Assembly: GCA_012959435.1 (NCBI GenBank)
Contig: DUDF01000145.1
Span: 1-63,912, forward strand
DNA from: Candidatus Poseidoniales archaeon
GTDB taxonomy: Archaea > Thermoplasmatota > Poseidoniia > Poseidoniales > Thalassarchaeaceae
Direction: 5' to 3'
DNA: 63,912 nucleotides
Shown here piece by piece: positions 55,767-63,912 of this stretch; positions within the stretch are counted from its first letter, which is position 1; each line of letters starts with the position of its first letter. The notes beneath the pieces are model-generated. The model had not been told where the DNA came from. It made no database searches and saw nothing but the letters and a program-made list of their open reading frames with translations. Made by a program: the position numbers and the translations under genes.

Positions 55767-56846
55767 ATGGCCAGCATTCTATCTTATGGTGCTGGACTTG
55801 TTGGTTCATTCATTTGTGATGAATTATCCAAGAGTGGACATGAAGTCACTGCTATTGCGCTAAATCATGATAAGGTGCCGATGTTGGAAAAAGTCAGAAA
55901 TAATCTGTCTTTTACATTAATTGAACAGGACGCTATCTCTCATTTAGAAGATTGCGAACTATCCGAATATGACCTAGTCCTCAACTTGCTTCCGGGTAGA
56001 ATTGGGGATTCTATCCGTGAATACTTGATTACTAATGGAGTGAAAGTCTGTGATTTAGCATTCTCAGATAATTCACCCGATAGGTTTGGCGAACTTGCAA
56101 AACAATCGGGGGCATCAATGATTCACGATTGTGGAATTGCCCCCGGTGTGTCAAATATGGTTGTAATCTCAGAACAAAAAGGAGTACCACCTCTAAAATC
56201 AGTAAAAATTCGCGTTGGTGGAAACCCCCTCGAACTTGATTCAGAATGGAGTTATTGCGCCCCCTTCTCACCAACAGACGTTATTGAAGAATATACTCGA
56301 CCTGCAAGAATCCGGATAGATGGCGAAGAAAAGGAAGTACCTGCGATTACTGACCGCCACATGTTCATCGCTGGGAACCACGGAGAAATGGAGGCTTTCC
56401 TCACAGACGGGTTGCGAACACTGCTAACCAACCCTGAGATAACTTGTGAGTCGTTATCAGAATACACTGTACGCTGGCCAGGGCACATCAAAAAGTTCCT
56501 TGACTTACGAACTAGCGGAGAACTGGATGAACTATCACTTGTACAAGAATGGGCTTACACCACCAATAGGTCAGAGTTTACTTACATGGACATTACCATC
56601 ACCCCAAACAAGGGACCAGTAGTTCGTTGGGAGTTTGATATCCCGGGAGTTAATGAATCGCTTGATAGGTTGTGGCCTTCAATGGCGATAGCAACTGGGA
56701 TTCCGTTTTTGGTTGCTTGTGAAGCTTTGCTAGAGGGGAGAATTGAAGGTATTCAATCACCAGATAATTACTACTCTGATTTAGATGTGATCATAACTCG
56801 TCTAAGAGAAGTTGGTGCTGAGATAACCCGAACAGAATTGAAATGA
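55767..56846 (+). CDS. Saccharopine dehydrogenase-family NAD(P)-binding oxidoreductase
   Basis: N-terminal Rossmann ILSYGAGLVGSFICDEL. The size and the CGIAPGVSN segment are typical of the Sacchrp_dh family. Confidence 0.65.
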   Translation: MASILSYGAGLVGSFICDELSKSGHEVTAIALNHDKVPMLEKVRNNLSFTLIEQDAISHLEDCELSEYDLVLNLLPGRIGDSIREYLITNGVKVCDLAFSDNSPDRFGELAKQSGASMIHDCGIAPGVSNMVVISEQKGVPPLKSVKIRVGGNPLELDSEWSYCAPFSPTDVIEEYTRPARIRIDGEEKEVPAITDRHMFIAGNHGEMEAFLTDGLRTLLTNPEITCESLSEYTVRWPGHIKKFLDLRTSGELDELSLVQEWAYTTNRSEFTYMDITITPNKGPVVRWEFDIPGVNESLDRLWPSMAIATGIPFLVACEALLEGRIEGIQSPDNYYSDLDVIITRLREVGAEITRTELK

Positions 56847-56891
56847 AGTCATATAAATATTGACCATATAATATGATTATTGCCATGGACT

Positions 56892-58067
56892 TTATTCTTC
56901 TTCGAATTTTAGATTATCTAAAGTATCCAAAACTGCAACTGCTTGCTGAACGCGACGGTCATTTTTCACTAACCAAATAATAGCGACCGGAGCACATAAT
57001 GCAACAATTACTGCAAGAGTCGGAAGTATCCAACCATATTGAGCCACTTCACGCGGCTCAACTAGCCAAGTGAATCTCATTGGGGTATCAGTCCAACGTT
57101 TAGACCAGTCAAACAAATCATCGGTGTGGATTCCCGCAACTGTGATAGCAACTGTATGGCAATTGAAACGGTCACAAGTTTGTTGGCTGGTATCAGGATT
57201 TGTTGAAGTATCAAAAACAATGCTAACTTGTTGCCCCGGCATCAAGGATAAAATTAGGCTATTATTCTCTTGACGCCAACCGGTTTGCAAATGAGGAGAA
57301 TTGATTTCTAATTCATCTAACGCAATATCGTCATAATTCACTGAAACAACATCGGCATTGATGTTTGAGAATTTGTTTGTTATAGGAACAGCCCAATACA
57401 CTCCAGTGCTTGAAATTGAATCACTTTCAAATGTCACTAACCATGAATCAGATGATGAATTATCTAATGAGAATTGGCTTTTTGTGGCTTGATAAGATGC
57501 GTGCTCGCCCCATGTCGAAAACCATGCTGTTGTTGATTCTATAGAAGTTACCAATTCTGAATTAGGGCGAACAACCACGTCGTGGTCGCGCGCTAGCCAG
57601 TAAAAATTAATCATGGGTACTCCATCTTCAATTAATGCTTGAAAGTCCTCAACTGTTTGCCTATTCTTTTCCAATGAACCACCATTATATGATAAATTTT
57701 CGATTTCAGAATTAAGTGGATAGATTTGTTGATCTAAAACTGCAAACCCTGCTGAAATTATTGCTTCAGAATCAATTTCATCTAACCTTTCAGAATCAAT
57801 GCCTAATGAAATTGGATTGACCCCCCATTTTGAGGCATTAATTCGCTCTGTGAGATAATCCCTACACTGAGATATTTCTAATTCGTAATCGGATGTTTCA
57901 CTACCAGCCATCCCATGGCAACCAAATTCATCACCTAGTTCTAGCCTTTCTGGCCCAATTATTATAGTGAGCCAAGTATCTTCTTCCCATTCTGCAGTAA
58001 CTGGCGCACAAAGGGGGAGTATGAGTAACCCCAACAAAGTGAGTGCCACTACCCGCCTTGTGAGCAT
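56892..58067 (-). CDS. Secreted protein with a C-terminal TM anchor (hypothetical)
   Basis: Signal peptide MLTRRVVALTLLGLLILPLCAPVTA and terminal TM ILPTLAVIVALCAPVAIIWLV plus KNDRR. Confidence 0.65.
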   Translation of the reverse strand: MLTRRVVALTLLGLLILPLCAPVTAEWEEDTWLTIIIGPERLELGDEFGCHGMAGSETSDYELEISQCRDYLTERINASKWGVNPISLGIDSERLDEIDSEAIISAGFAVLDQQIYPLNSEIENLSYNGGSLEKNRQTVEDFQALIEDGVPMINFYWLARDHDVVVRPNSELVTSIESTTAWFSTWGEHASYQATKSQFSLDNSSSDSWLVTFESDSISSTGVYWAVPITNKFSNINADVVSVNYDDIALDELEINSPHLQTGWRQENNSLILSLMPGQQVSIVFDTSTNPDTSQQTCDRFNCHTVAITVAGIHTDDLFDWSKRWTDTPMRFTWLVEPREVAQYGWILPTLAVIVALCAPVAIIWLVKNDRRVQQAVAVLDTLDNLKFEEE

Positions 58068-58128
58068 GTATCACCCCACCCACCACCCTTTCAAGAATAG
58101 CGCGGTCGGGACTCTTGGCCCAATAACC

Positions 58129-58938
58129 ATGAAAACCCCCAAGCGAGACGGATGGGGTATGGGTGATTTGAGTGCTGATGGTCGCGCTCGTTTGGCTAAA
58201 CTCACGGCGGTAGAGCCTGCGAATCGCCCTTTACCCCCTACGCCACTGTACAGCGGCTTGCTAAACTTCGTTTTCCCGCTCATCAATATCGTCACTAGAT
58301 TGAAGATTTCTGGGATGGAACACATACCTCGAACAGGTCCATTGATAGTTGCTGCTAACCACCTTTCACATGTTGACCCTGTTCTCGCAATTTTTAGTTC
58401 AAGAAGAAAATTGTTTTATTTGGCAAAAAATGAACACTTTAGCAAACCAGGTTGGAGACAATTGATGCTTGCTACTGGCCAAGTCGAGACTGACCGACAG
58501 AAAGGTGGGGATGATGCAATCGCTCGGGCTGCAGATGTATTAGCAGCTGGAATGCCACTTGGCATCTTTCCTGAAGGGACGCGGTCTAGGAACGCCTCTC
58601 CACCATATCTCAGCCGAGGGAAAACCGGCATTGCTAGAATAGCAGCAGCCTTTCCTGACACTCCAGTCGTCTTTTGCGGGATAAATGGTGCAAGGGATAT
58701 CCTAGCACCTGGTGAGCCATTTCTGCCCAAAACTTGGAAACGTACTGAACTAAAGTTTGCTAGCCCAATAACTTGGAATGAGTGGGCTAGCCATGATGAT
58801 GGCGCAAATTTAGATGACGACACAGTAGCAGAAATTGAGGGGATGTCTGATAAAAAACGCCGAGAAGAACTTGGTAAATTATACCGCCAATTTACTAACC
58901 AAAGTATCGCAACTATCGCTGCACTAGGTGCGCCATGA
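58129..58938 (+). CDS. PlsC-type 1-acyl-sn-glycerol-3-phosphate acyltransferase family protein
   Basis: Block I NHLSHVDP (HX4D) and block III FPEGTRS. Start at ATG 58129, because the tracked ORF start overlaps the divergent gene. Confidence 0.8.
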   Translation: MKTPKRDGWGMGDLSADGRARLAKLTAVEPANRPLPPTPLYSGLLNFVFPLINIVTRLKISGMEHIPRTGPLIVAANHLSHVDPVLAIFSSRRKLFYLAKNEHFSKPGWRQLMLATGQVETDRQKGGDDAIARAADVLAAGMPLGIFPEGTRSRNASPPYLSRGKTGIARIAAAFPDTPVVFCGINGARDILAPGEPFLPKTWKRTELKFASPITWNEWASHDDGANLDDDTVAEIEGMSDKKRREELGKLYRQFTNQSIATIAALGAP

Positions 58939-59009
58939 ACCCCATGGAAGGGGAAAGTGAAGCGATTTGTTCTTAGTGCGTCAATTCCCCCCTTGATGCC
59001 GGCGTCAGC

Positions 59010-59804
59010 ATGGACCAGTATCAGCATCTACTGAAACTCATCCTTCAAGAGGGTGTAGAGCGGGATGATAGAACCGGAACAGGCACAATTTCTGTGTTTG
59101 GCCATCAATCAAGATATGACCTTCGAAGAGGGTTTCCTGCAATTACCACCAAGCGGGTTCATTGGCCTAGCATCATTCACGAACTTCTTTGGTTTTTATC
59201 CGGCGACACAAACACACGCTACTTGACTGACAACAACGTTCGAATTTGGAATGAGTGGGCTGATGAAAATGGTGACCTTGGTCCGGTTTACGGCAAGCAA
59301 TGGCGTGCTTGGGAAGGAAATGATGGCCGAGTTGTTGACCAAATCAGAGAGGCAGTAGCGCAACTACGAGAAAACCCTGGCTCACGTAGAATCATTGTAT
59401 CTGCTTGGAATGTTGGGGAATTAGATGATATGGCACTAATGCCTTGTCACGCATTCTTCCAGTTCTATGTAGCCAATGGCGAATTATCTTGTCAACTTTA
59501 TCAGCGCAGTGCGGACGTATTCCTTGGAGTACCTTTCAACATCTCTTCATACAGTTTACTGACTTGTATGATGGCACAAGTTTGTGGTTTGAAACCCGGG
59601 GATTTCATTCACACTATTGGGGACGCTCACCTTTACCTAAATCACCTTGAGCAAGCAAGGGAACAGGTGGGAAGAGTACCACTAGAATTACCTCGCCTAC
59701 AACTCAATCCAGAGTGTACTGAAATTGATGATTTTTCTTATGATGATATTGAAATTGTGGATTATAATCACCATCCACATATTACTGCTCCAATTAGCGT
59801 ATGA
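59010..59804 (+). CDS. thyA: Thymidylate synthase (ThyA)
   Basis: 264 aa. [23 protein letters not shown] (catalytic Cys) and DAHLYLNH. Confidence 0.95.
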   Translation: MDQYQHLLKLILQEGVERDDRTGTGTISVFGHQSRYDLRRGFPAITTKRVHWPSIIHELLWFLSGDTNTRYLTDNNVRIWNEWADENGDLGPVYGKQWRAWEGNDGRVVDQIREAVAQLRENPGSRRIIVSAWNVGELDDMALMPCHAFFQFYVANGELSCQLYQRSADVFLGVPFNISSYSLLTCMMAQVCGLKPGDFIHTIGDAHLYLNHLEQAREQVGRVPLELPRLQLNPECTEIDDFSYDDIEIVDYNHHPHITAPISV

Positions 59805-59814
59805 GGTGACACAG

Positions 59815-60315
59815 ATGAAGTTAGGAATGATTGTAGCAATGGATGAAGATGGAGTGATCGGACGTGACGGTGTCATGCCATGGAATCTTCCGGCAGATTT
59901 GGCTCACTTCAAACGCTCAACCATGGGTTGTCCGATAATCATGGGAAGAAAAACCTACGAGGCTATTGGAAGGCCATTACCTGGTCGATTAAACGTGGTT
60001 CTCACCCGTGATATGGAATGGTTTGTTGAAGGGATTGAAATTGTTCACGATATTACAGATGCCCTAGAGGTTTCAGCAATAGATGCAGGAATAGATGGTT
60101 GGGTTTGGGTTATTGGAGGTGGTGCAATTTATGCAACCATGCTCAATCGCTGTGACCGATTACTAGTAACCCATGTTAAGGCAAAAGTTGGTGGTGGAGA
60201 TACTTGGTTCCCTTACATCAACTGGGATGACTGGGAGGAAATCACCCGTGAAACAAGAAAGGCAGATGAGAAAAATCCGTTTGATATGGCATTTGCCACC
60301 TATGAAAGACCTTAA
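59815..60315 (+). CDS. folA: Dihydrofolate reductase
   Basis: MIVAMDEDGVIGRDGVMPWNLPADLAHFKRSTMGCPIIMGRKTYEAIGRPLPGR and VIGGGAIY. Confidence 0.9.
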   Translation: MKLGMIVAMDEDGVIGRDGVMPWNLPADLAHFKRSTMGCPIIMGRKTYEAIGRPLPGRLNVVLTRDMEWFVEGIEIVHDITDALEVSAIDAGIDGWVWVIGGGAIYATMLNRCDRLLVTHVKAKVGGGDTWFPYINWDDWEEITRETRKADEKNPFDMAFATYERP

Positions 60316-60326
60316 TTGGTGTTAGA

Positions 60327-61097
60327 ATGGAAATGAATCAACTCGTAGTTACGAACTGTGTTGAATTCATGGAAAAGATGGATGAAAACTCAGTTGACCT
60401 TACAGTCACTTCTCCACCATATGACAATCTTCGAGATTACAAAGGGTATTCATTTGATTTTGAAGGAATAGCAAAGGGGTTGTACCGTGTCACTAAGGAA
60501 GGTGGCGTTGTAGTTTGGGTTGTGGGAGACCGAACCCACAAAGGTAATCGTTCACTGACTAGTTTTCGACAAGCATTATATTTTCAAGAATTGGGATTTA
60601 ATGTACACGATATTATGATTTATCGCAAAAAAAATACACCATTTATGCGTTCTAACGCCTATACAAACTGTTACGAATTCATGCATGTATTCACCAAAGG
60701 AAAGCCAAATGCATTCAATCCCCTTACAGACCAAACCGTTCGCCAAGGTATGGAAATGATGCCTTTTAACAAAGGGGCTGACGGAGTAAACAACAAGGCA
60801 TTAGGGAAATTGAATGACGCAAAAACACGTGCAAATATTTGGGATTATGCTGTTGGGATGCATGGGACTACTAGCGATAAAATCGCATTCCAACATCCAG
60901 CTGTTTTCCCTGAAAAATTGGCTGAAGACCATATCCTCTCATGGACTAATGAAGGTGATTTGGTTTTTGACCCGATGTGTGGTTCAGGGACCACCCCTAA
61001 GATGGCTGTAAAACATGGGCGTAATTACATTGGAACTGACATTTCCGATGAATACATTGAGATTGCAAAGGAAAGAGTTAGTTCTATTCAGAAATGA
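60327..61097 (+). CDS. Beta-class N4/N6 DNA methyltransferase (PF01555-like); the SPPY catalytic motif suggests N4-cytosine specificity
   Basis: Motif IV TSPPY precedes motif I FDPMCGSGTT (beta-class order). HPAVFPEKL is present. No adjacent nuclease ORF is recognisable. Confidence 0.9.
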   Translation: MEMNQLVVTNCVEFMEKMDENSVDLTVTSPPYDNLRDYKGYSFDFEGIAKGLYRVTKEGGVVVWVVGDRTHKGNRSLTSFRQALYFQELGFNVHDIMIYRKKNTPFMRSNAYTNCYEFMHVFTKGKPNAFNPLTDQTVRQGMEMMPFNKGADGVNNKALGKLNDAKTRANIWDYAVGMHGTTSDKIAFQHPAVFPEKLAEDHILSWTNEGDLVFDPMCGSGTTPKMAVKHGRNYIGTDISDEYIEIAKERVSSIQK

Positions 61098-61187
61098 ATG
61101 GGATTTGCGTGGGCCCTTTCATTCGCCAATTCTGAATCAATGGGTGTTATGCACCAACCCTTTGCTTCTATGTTAAACAATTTGAAC
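61092..61187 (+). repeat. Island repeat copy A (overlaps the methyltransferase stop codon)
   Basis: aaaTGAatggg...cattcgccaattctgaatcaatgggtgttatgcaccaaccctttgcttctatgttaaacaatttgaac. 60 of 68 identical to copy B over the core, by my manual alignment. Confidence 0.8.
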
Positions 61188-61219
61188 TATACATTATGCT
61201 ATTTATTTCTATAAAGTTC

Positions 61220-62005
61220 TCAATATGTTGGAATTGAGCAATTTACTGAATTTGCATTGTCATCCCATTGTAGTGTAGTCAACTTCACTCCGTTTGGTAC
61301 ATCAAAAGTCAAATTGACCATTCCAGTGGAACCAGCAACTACCTTATCTTCTCCATCTAGATCGGGCCCTTCATAGACAATTCCGTCATCACCAATGGCC
61401 CCCCAACGGTATACATGGGTCGTAAAATCAAGAAGGCCATCGTTGGTTACTGTGACGTTGAGGGTATGGTCGCCATCATCTTCTACACTAGATGCGCTAA
61501 CATTTAGCGCCACATTGAATGATTGGACAATATCATAACTTGGGATGTCAGTTGAATCAAGGAGCCATTCATAGTCAGAATCAAGGGTCTGCGAATTAAA
61601 GTTTAATGTCGTTAGCTTCACTCCGTTAGTGACATCAAATCCAAGGGATATTTCTGTAGTGGCACCAGGACTTATTTTTGAGAGCCCCTCCTTCATGCTT
61701 CCGTAATATGGTTCGCCATCATCGCCTATTGCAGACCAGTATGACGGACTGATAAATAGATCATCGGTTCCTATGTTGCTGATAGAAATAAGGAAAATAT
61801 GGCATTCTTCAAACGAATAAATTCCACAGTAACTATCAGAGTAGGGGCCTGTAACGCCAGTAACCTCAATCACCTCAAACTGATGATTAAAAGTCATGAT
61901 TTCTGAATCGTCATTACCGTCTTCAATAACAACGACACCCCCTATGCAACCAGCAAGAAACAACACGGTAACAAGAAGTATGACACTCAACTTTCTACGA
62001 ATCAT
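61220..62005 (-). CDS. Lipoprotein with two tandem Ig-like (DUF4352-like) domains
   Basis: Lipobox LFLAGC. Internal duplication: WSAIGDDGEPYYG...ISLGFDVTNGVKLTTLNFN versus WGAIGDDGIVYEG...VNLTFDVPNGVKLTTLQWD. Confidence 0.75.
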   Translation of the reverse strand: MIRRKLSVILLVTVLFLAGCIGGVVVIEDGNDDSEIMTFNHQFEVIEVTGVTGPYSDSYCGIYSFEECHIFLISISNIGTDDLFISPSYWSAIGDDGEPYYGSMKEGLSKISPGATTEISLGFDVTNGVKLTTLNFNSQTLDSDYEWLLDSTDIPSYDIVQSFNVALNVSASSVEDDGDHTLNVTVTNDGLLDFTTHVYRWGAIGDDGIVYEGPDLDGEDKVVAGSTGMVNLTFDVPNGVKLTTLQWDDNANSVNCSIPTY

Positions 62006-62073
62006 ATTTGTCTCATAAACAATTTCTAATTAAATACTTTTATCGGATTGAACGAATCGGTCCCCTATGCTTC

Positions 62074-62229
62074 AAAATGAATGAATGGGTAGGCAATGAA
62101 AGGGCCCACTGAAAGCCCATTCATTCGCTAATTCTGAATCAAAGGGTGTTATACACTAACCCTTTGCTTCAATGCATAACAATTTGAACAGGGGTTCAAA
62201 TCCTAGTGAGTCTGGAATCTTGTGAGTTG
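62074..62229 (+). repeat. Island repeat copy B with three predicted hairpins, plus two copies of the CYTTGTGAGT motif
   Basis: Hairpins: aatgaatggg/cccattcatt (62080-62125), caaagggt/accctttg (62140-62166), atttgaac-aggg-gttcaaat (62182-62201). Then ggttcaaatcctagtgagt (62193-62211) and atcttgtgagttg (62217-62229). Confidence 0.8.
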
Positions 62230-62274
62230 AATTACAGGCGACTAATTCATTACGAAAGACGATAACACAGCCAC

Positions 62275-62583
62275 ATGGCGAACAAGAAATACGACAAAGG
62301 TAGCTGTCGAGAATTAATGCATCTATTTGTTCGTGAAAGGCCAATGTTAGAAGGCGAAATTGTTGAACTCAGTGAGATTCGTGATTGGTTTGAAATAAAT
62401 TATAGTGATATCACAGTTGGTGCGGTCGTTGCTCATGTAGCAATGATGACCGTAAATGGACAGAAAAGATACCATCATGTAGATCCAGGTGATGGGTTAG
62501 ATGACCTCTTCTACCGAGTAGATCGGGGGAAATATCGTCTGTATGTGCTAGGTGTTGATGAAGAGCCTCCGGCACGTAATTAA
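62275..62583 (+). CDS. Small hypothetical protein (102 aa), possibly wHTH-like
   Basis: ATG start. The C-terminal LFYRVDRGKYRLY resembles the wing of Mrr_N-type winged-helix domains. Weak. Confidence 0.5.
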   Translation: MANKKYDKGSCRELMHLFVRERPMLEGEIVELSEIRDWFEINYSDITVGAVVAHVAMMTVNGQKRYHHVDPGDGLDDLFYRVDRGKYRLYVLGVDEEPPARN

Positions 62584-62654
62584 TTCTACGAGAGAAATGG
62601 ACCCTTGTGCGTCTACCCTTAGAAATTTGCTGCGGGCGCTTGGATATTATTGAA

Positions 62655-62936
62655 ATGAATAAAGTACTGCGAAGTAAAACAATTACCATGAATGGTAGTA
62701 AGTTGATGCTCAACATAGGGGGGCTATGTTTACTCGGAGGACCAATTTTCTACATCTTAGGATTAAATATGGATAAATTCTACTCTTCTGATGTTGCATG
62801 GGCTCCGGCATTAGTGTTGTGGACCATAGCTTTGATCTCAGTAATTATCGGTATTGGCTTAGTGATTGCAGGGCTTCTCATGAAACCAAAAACTGATGAC
62901 GACACAATAACAGTTGATGATGCGAAGTTAAACTGA
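62655..62936 (+). CDS. Small membrane protein (93 aa)
   Basis: ATG at 62655. Hydrophobic segments LMLNIGGLCLLGGPIFYILGL and APALVLWTIALISVIIGIGLVIAGLLM. Confidence 0.5.
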   Translation: MNKVLRSKTITMNGSKLMLNIGGLCLLGGPIFYILGLNMDKFYSSDVAWAPALVLWTIALISVIIGIGLVIAGLLMKPKTDDDTITVDDAKLN

Positions 62937-62976
62937 TTGAATTACTGTTCAAATCCTTGTGAGTTTGCCCTATGAG

Positions 62977-63270
62977 TCACTTTTGTTCTTGTACTAGAAT
63001 CACCTTTTCTTTGTTAAATGAACCCACTAATATTCCTAATAGCGCAAAATACCCCACTCCAATACCTATGAGAGTAATTGCACAACCGAAGAAGCAAATC
63101 GTGTGTGCTCTGGGTATCTTTCCATCCGGGGTATCACCCAGTAGCAACTCCCCCCATGGCATATATCGAAAATCGTCAAATGCATTATCAATCATCAATA
63201 TTCCAACAATTATTCCAGCAATTGAAATTAGGAGCAAAATAATGCCAATCTTCGCTGCTGTATTCACCAT
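62977..63270 (-). CDS. Small membrane protein (97 aa)
   Basis: TM segments IGIILLLISIAGIIVGILMI and ICFFGCAITLIGIGVGYFALLGILVG. Preferred over the overlapping plus-strand ORF 62972..63337. Confidence 0.55.
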   Translation of the reverse strand: MVNTAAKIGIILLLISIAGIIVGILMIDNAFDDFRYMPWGELLLGDTPDGKIPRAHTICFFGCAITLIGIGVGYFALLGILVGSFNKEKVILVQEQK

Positions 63271-63379
63271 ATATTATTCGGAGATTCAATACTATTTCAT
63301 GATTAACCCTGCAGTTTACGGGTTCGGACCCTTGTGAGTTGACCAAGTATACTTATGAATTACATCCTCTGGCTAATTC

Positions 63380-63763
63380 ATGGATGAGGGTGTGCCAAAT
63401 TCTGCTGCCCCAGGTCCAACTTTTTTGGGTGATATGAATTCAGTAGATGATTTTCTTAGACCACAACAAAAAAACAAGTTTGTTGAGTTTTTGATTGGAT
63501 TTTTCCTTCCATTTTCATTTTTCATTATTGTATGTTTATTGGGTTTTGTATTTCTCATTATTGCCGCATTAAATGATAATCTGGGGGCTGGCGCGATGTG
63601 GGCTTTCGTGATAGTTGGATCATTATCTCTAACAGTTATACCTCTTAAAAGCATCAACATTGCTTTTAGGTCAAGTAACACAACTACAGCACGGAGATAT
63701 GGGGCGATTAGTGTTCTTATCATATCGATTATTGTAATATTTTACATCTTCTTATGGTGGTGA
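63380..63763 (+). CDS. Membrane protein (127 aa)
   Basis: Three hydrophobic segments (FLIGFFLPFSFFIIVCLLGFVFLIIAAL, MWAFVIVGSLSLTVIPL, AISVLIISIIVIFYIFLWW). AT-rich codon usage. Confidence 0.5.
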   Translation: MDEGVPNSAAPGPTFLGDMNSVDDFLRPQQKNKFVEFLIGFFLPFSFFIIVCLLGFVFLIIAALNDNLGAGAMWAFVIVGSLSLTVIPLKSINIAFRSSNTTTARRYGAISVLIISIIVIFYIFLWW

Positions 63764-63847
63764 AGGGAAAATGATATCTCCTTTTTTAAACACTCTAAGA
63801 TGATGAATTAAGTATCATGTCCTTATGATCCTGAACCCCTAAAGTAA

Positions 63848-63890
63848 AGGGCCCCCCATTCATTCATTTTGAATAAAAGGGTACCCTAGT
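63848..63890 (+). repeat. Island repeat copy C (partial, diverged; window ends soon after)
   Basis: aagggccccccattcattcattttgaataaaagggtaccct shares the blocks gggcc / cccattcattc / ttgaat.aaagggt with copies A and B. Confidence 0.5.
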
Positions 63891-63912
63891 AATCATGAAA
63901 AATCACTCACTT

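Noticed and set aside
61092-62189. Integron attC sites / classical integron
   Set aside because: No integrase gene and no recognisable R'/R'' core sites (GTTRRRY / RYYYAAC) in the repeats. The cassette idea is kept only as one of several hypotheses, not as a call.
62193-62211. GGTTCAAATCC segments in the island as tRNA genes or tRNA 3' fragments
   Set aside because: The flanks do not form a T-stem or an acceptor arm, and there is no D or anticodon arm upstream. Kept only as a repeat motif, not as a tRNA or pseudo-tRNA.
62972-63337. Plus-strand 121-aa ORF overlapping 62977..63270
   Set aside because: The minus-strand frame encodes clean TM helices with charged loops. The plus-strand product is compositionally odd (Pro/Ser/Ile-rich with no structure), so only the minus-strand gene was kept.

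Overview
The window reads as an archaeal chromosome segment. Supporting markers are aEF-1beta, Cbf5, Rpo11/RpoL, aCPSF1, proteasome beta, a GPN-loop GTPase, a DGGGP-synthase-like UbiA prenyltransferase, archaeal-type TrpRS and AsnRS, and a type-A-like RNase P RNA. Predicted proteins are very acidic, and there are several huge secreted or anchored surface proteins and MMPL/RND transporters. That fits a marine planktonic euryarchaeon (Poseidoniales/MGII-like), but this lineage call is inference only.

About 60 CDS are supportable, plus 4 tRNAs (Glu-CUC, His-GUG, Lys-CUU, Pro-UGG) and RNase P RNA. I saw no rRNA, CRISPR array, transposase or integrase.

Most of the window is housekeeping:
- translation and RNA modification
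- nucleotide metabolism (ribA, rpiA, thyA-folA)
- arginine and carbamate metabolism (argF, arcC)
- envelope biogenesis: GT2 enzymes, two MMPL transporters, a VKOR/thioredoxin disulfide module and an archaeosortase-like protein

Five things deserve a second look:
1. An AT-richer, cassette-like island at the 3' end (61.1-63.9 kb) sits directly after an orphan SPPY-type DNA methyltransferase. Diverged ~100-bp structured repeats punctuate it, and the first copy overlaps the methyltransferase stop codon. A 20-nt motif also recurs at its gene boundaries.
2. The exact 10-mer TTCACTTTCA occurs six times, only as direct-repeat pairs in three intergenic regions. Each pair lies upstream of a small, putatively nucleic-acid-binding protein gene, suggesting a regulon or leader element.
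3. A GDSL-lipase/TSP3-repeat surface protein is split by a frameshift inside its catalytic domain.
4. A PdaD-like protein lacks the Ser-Ser self-processing site.
5. A leaderless 968-aa protein combines polyproline repeats, an acidic region, DUF11-like domains and a zinc ribbon, and lies divergent from the GPN GTPase gene.

All functional calls come from motif recognition by eye. No database search was run.
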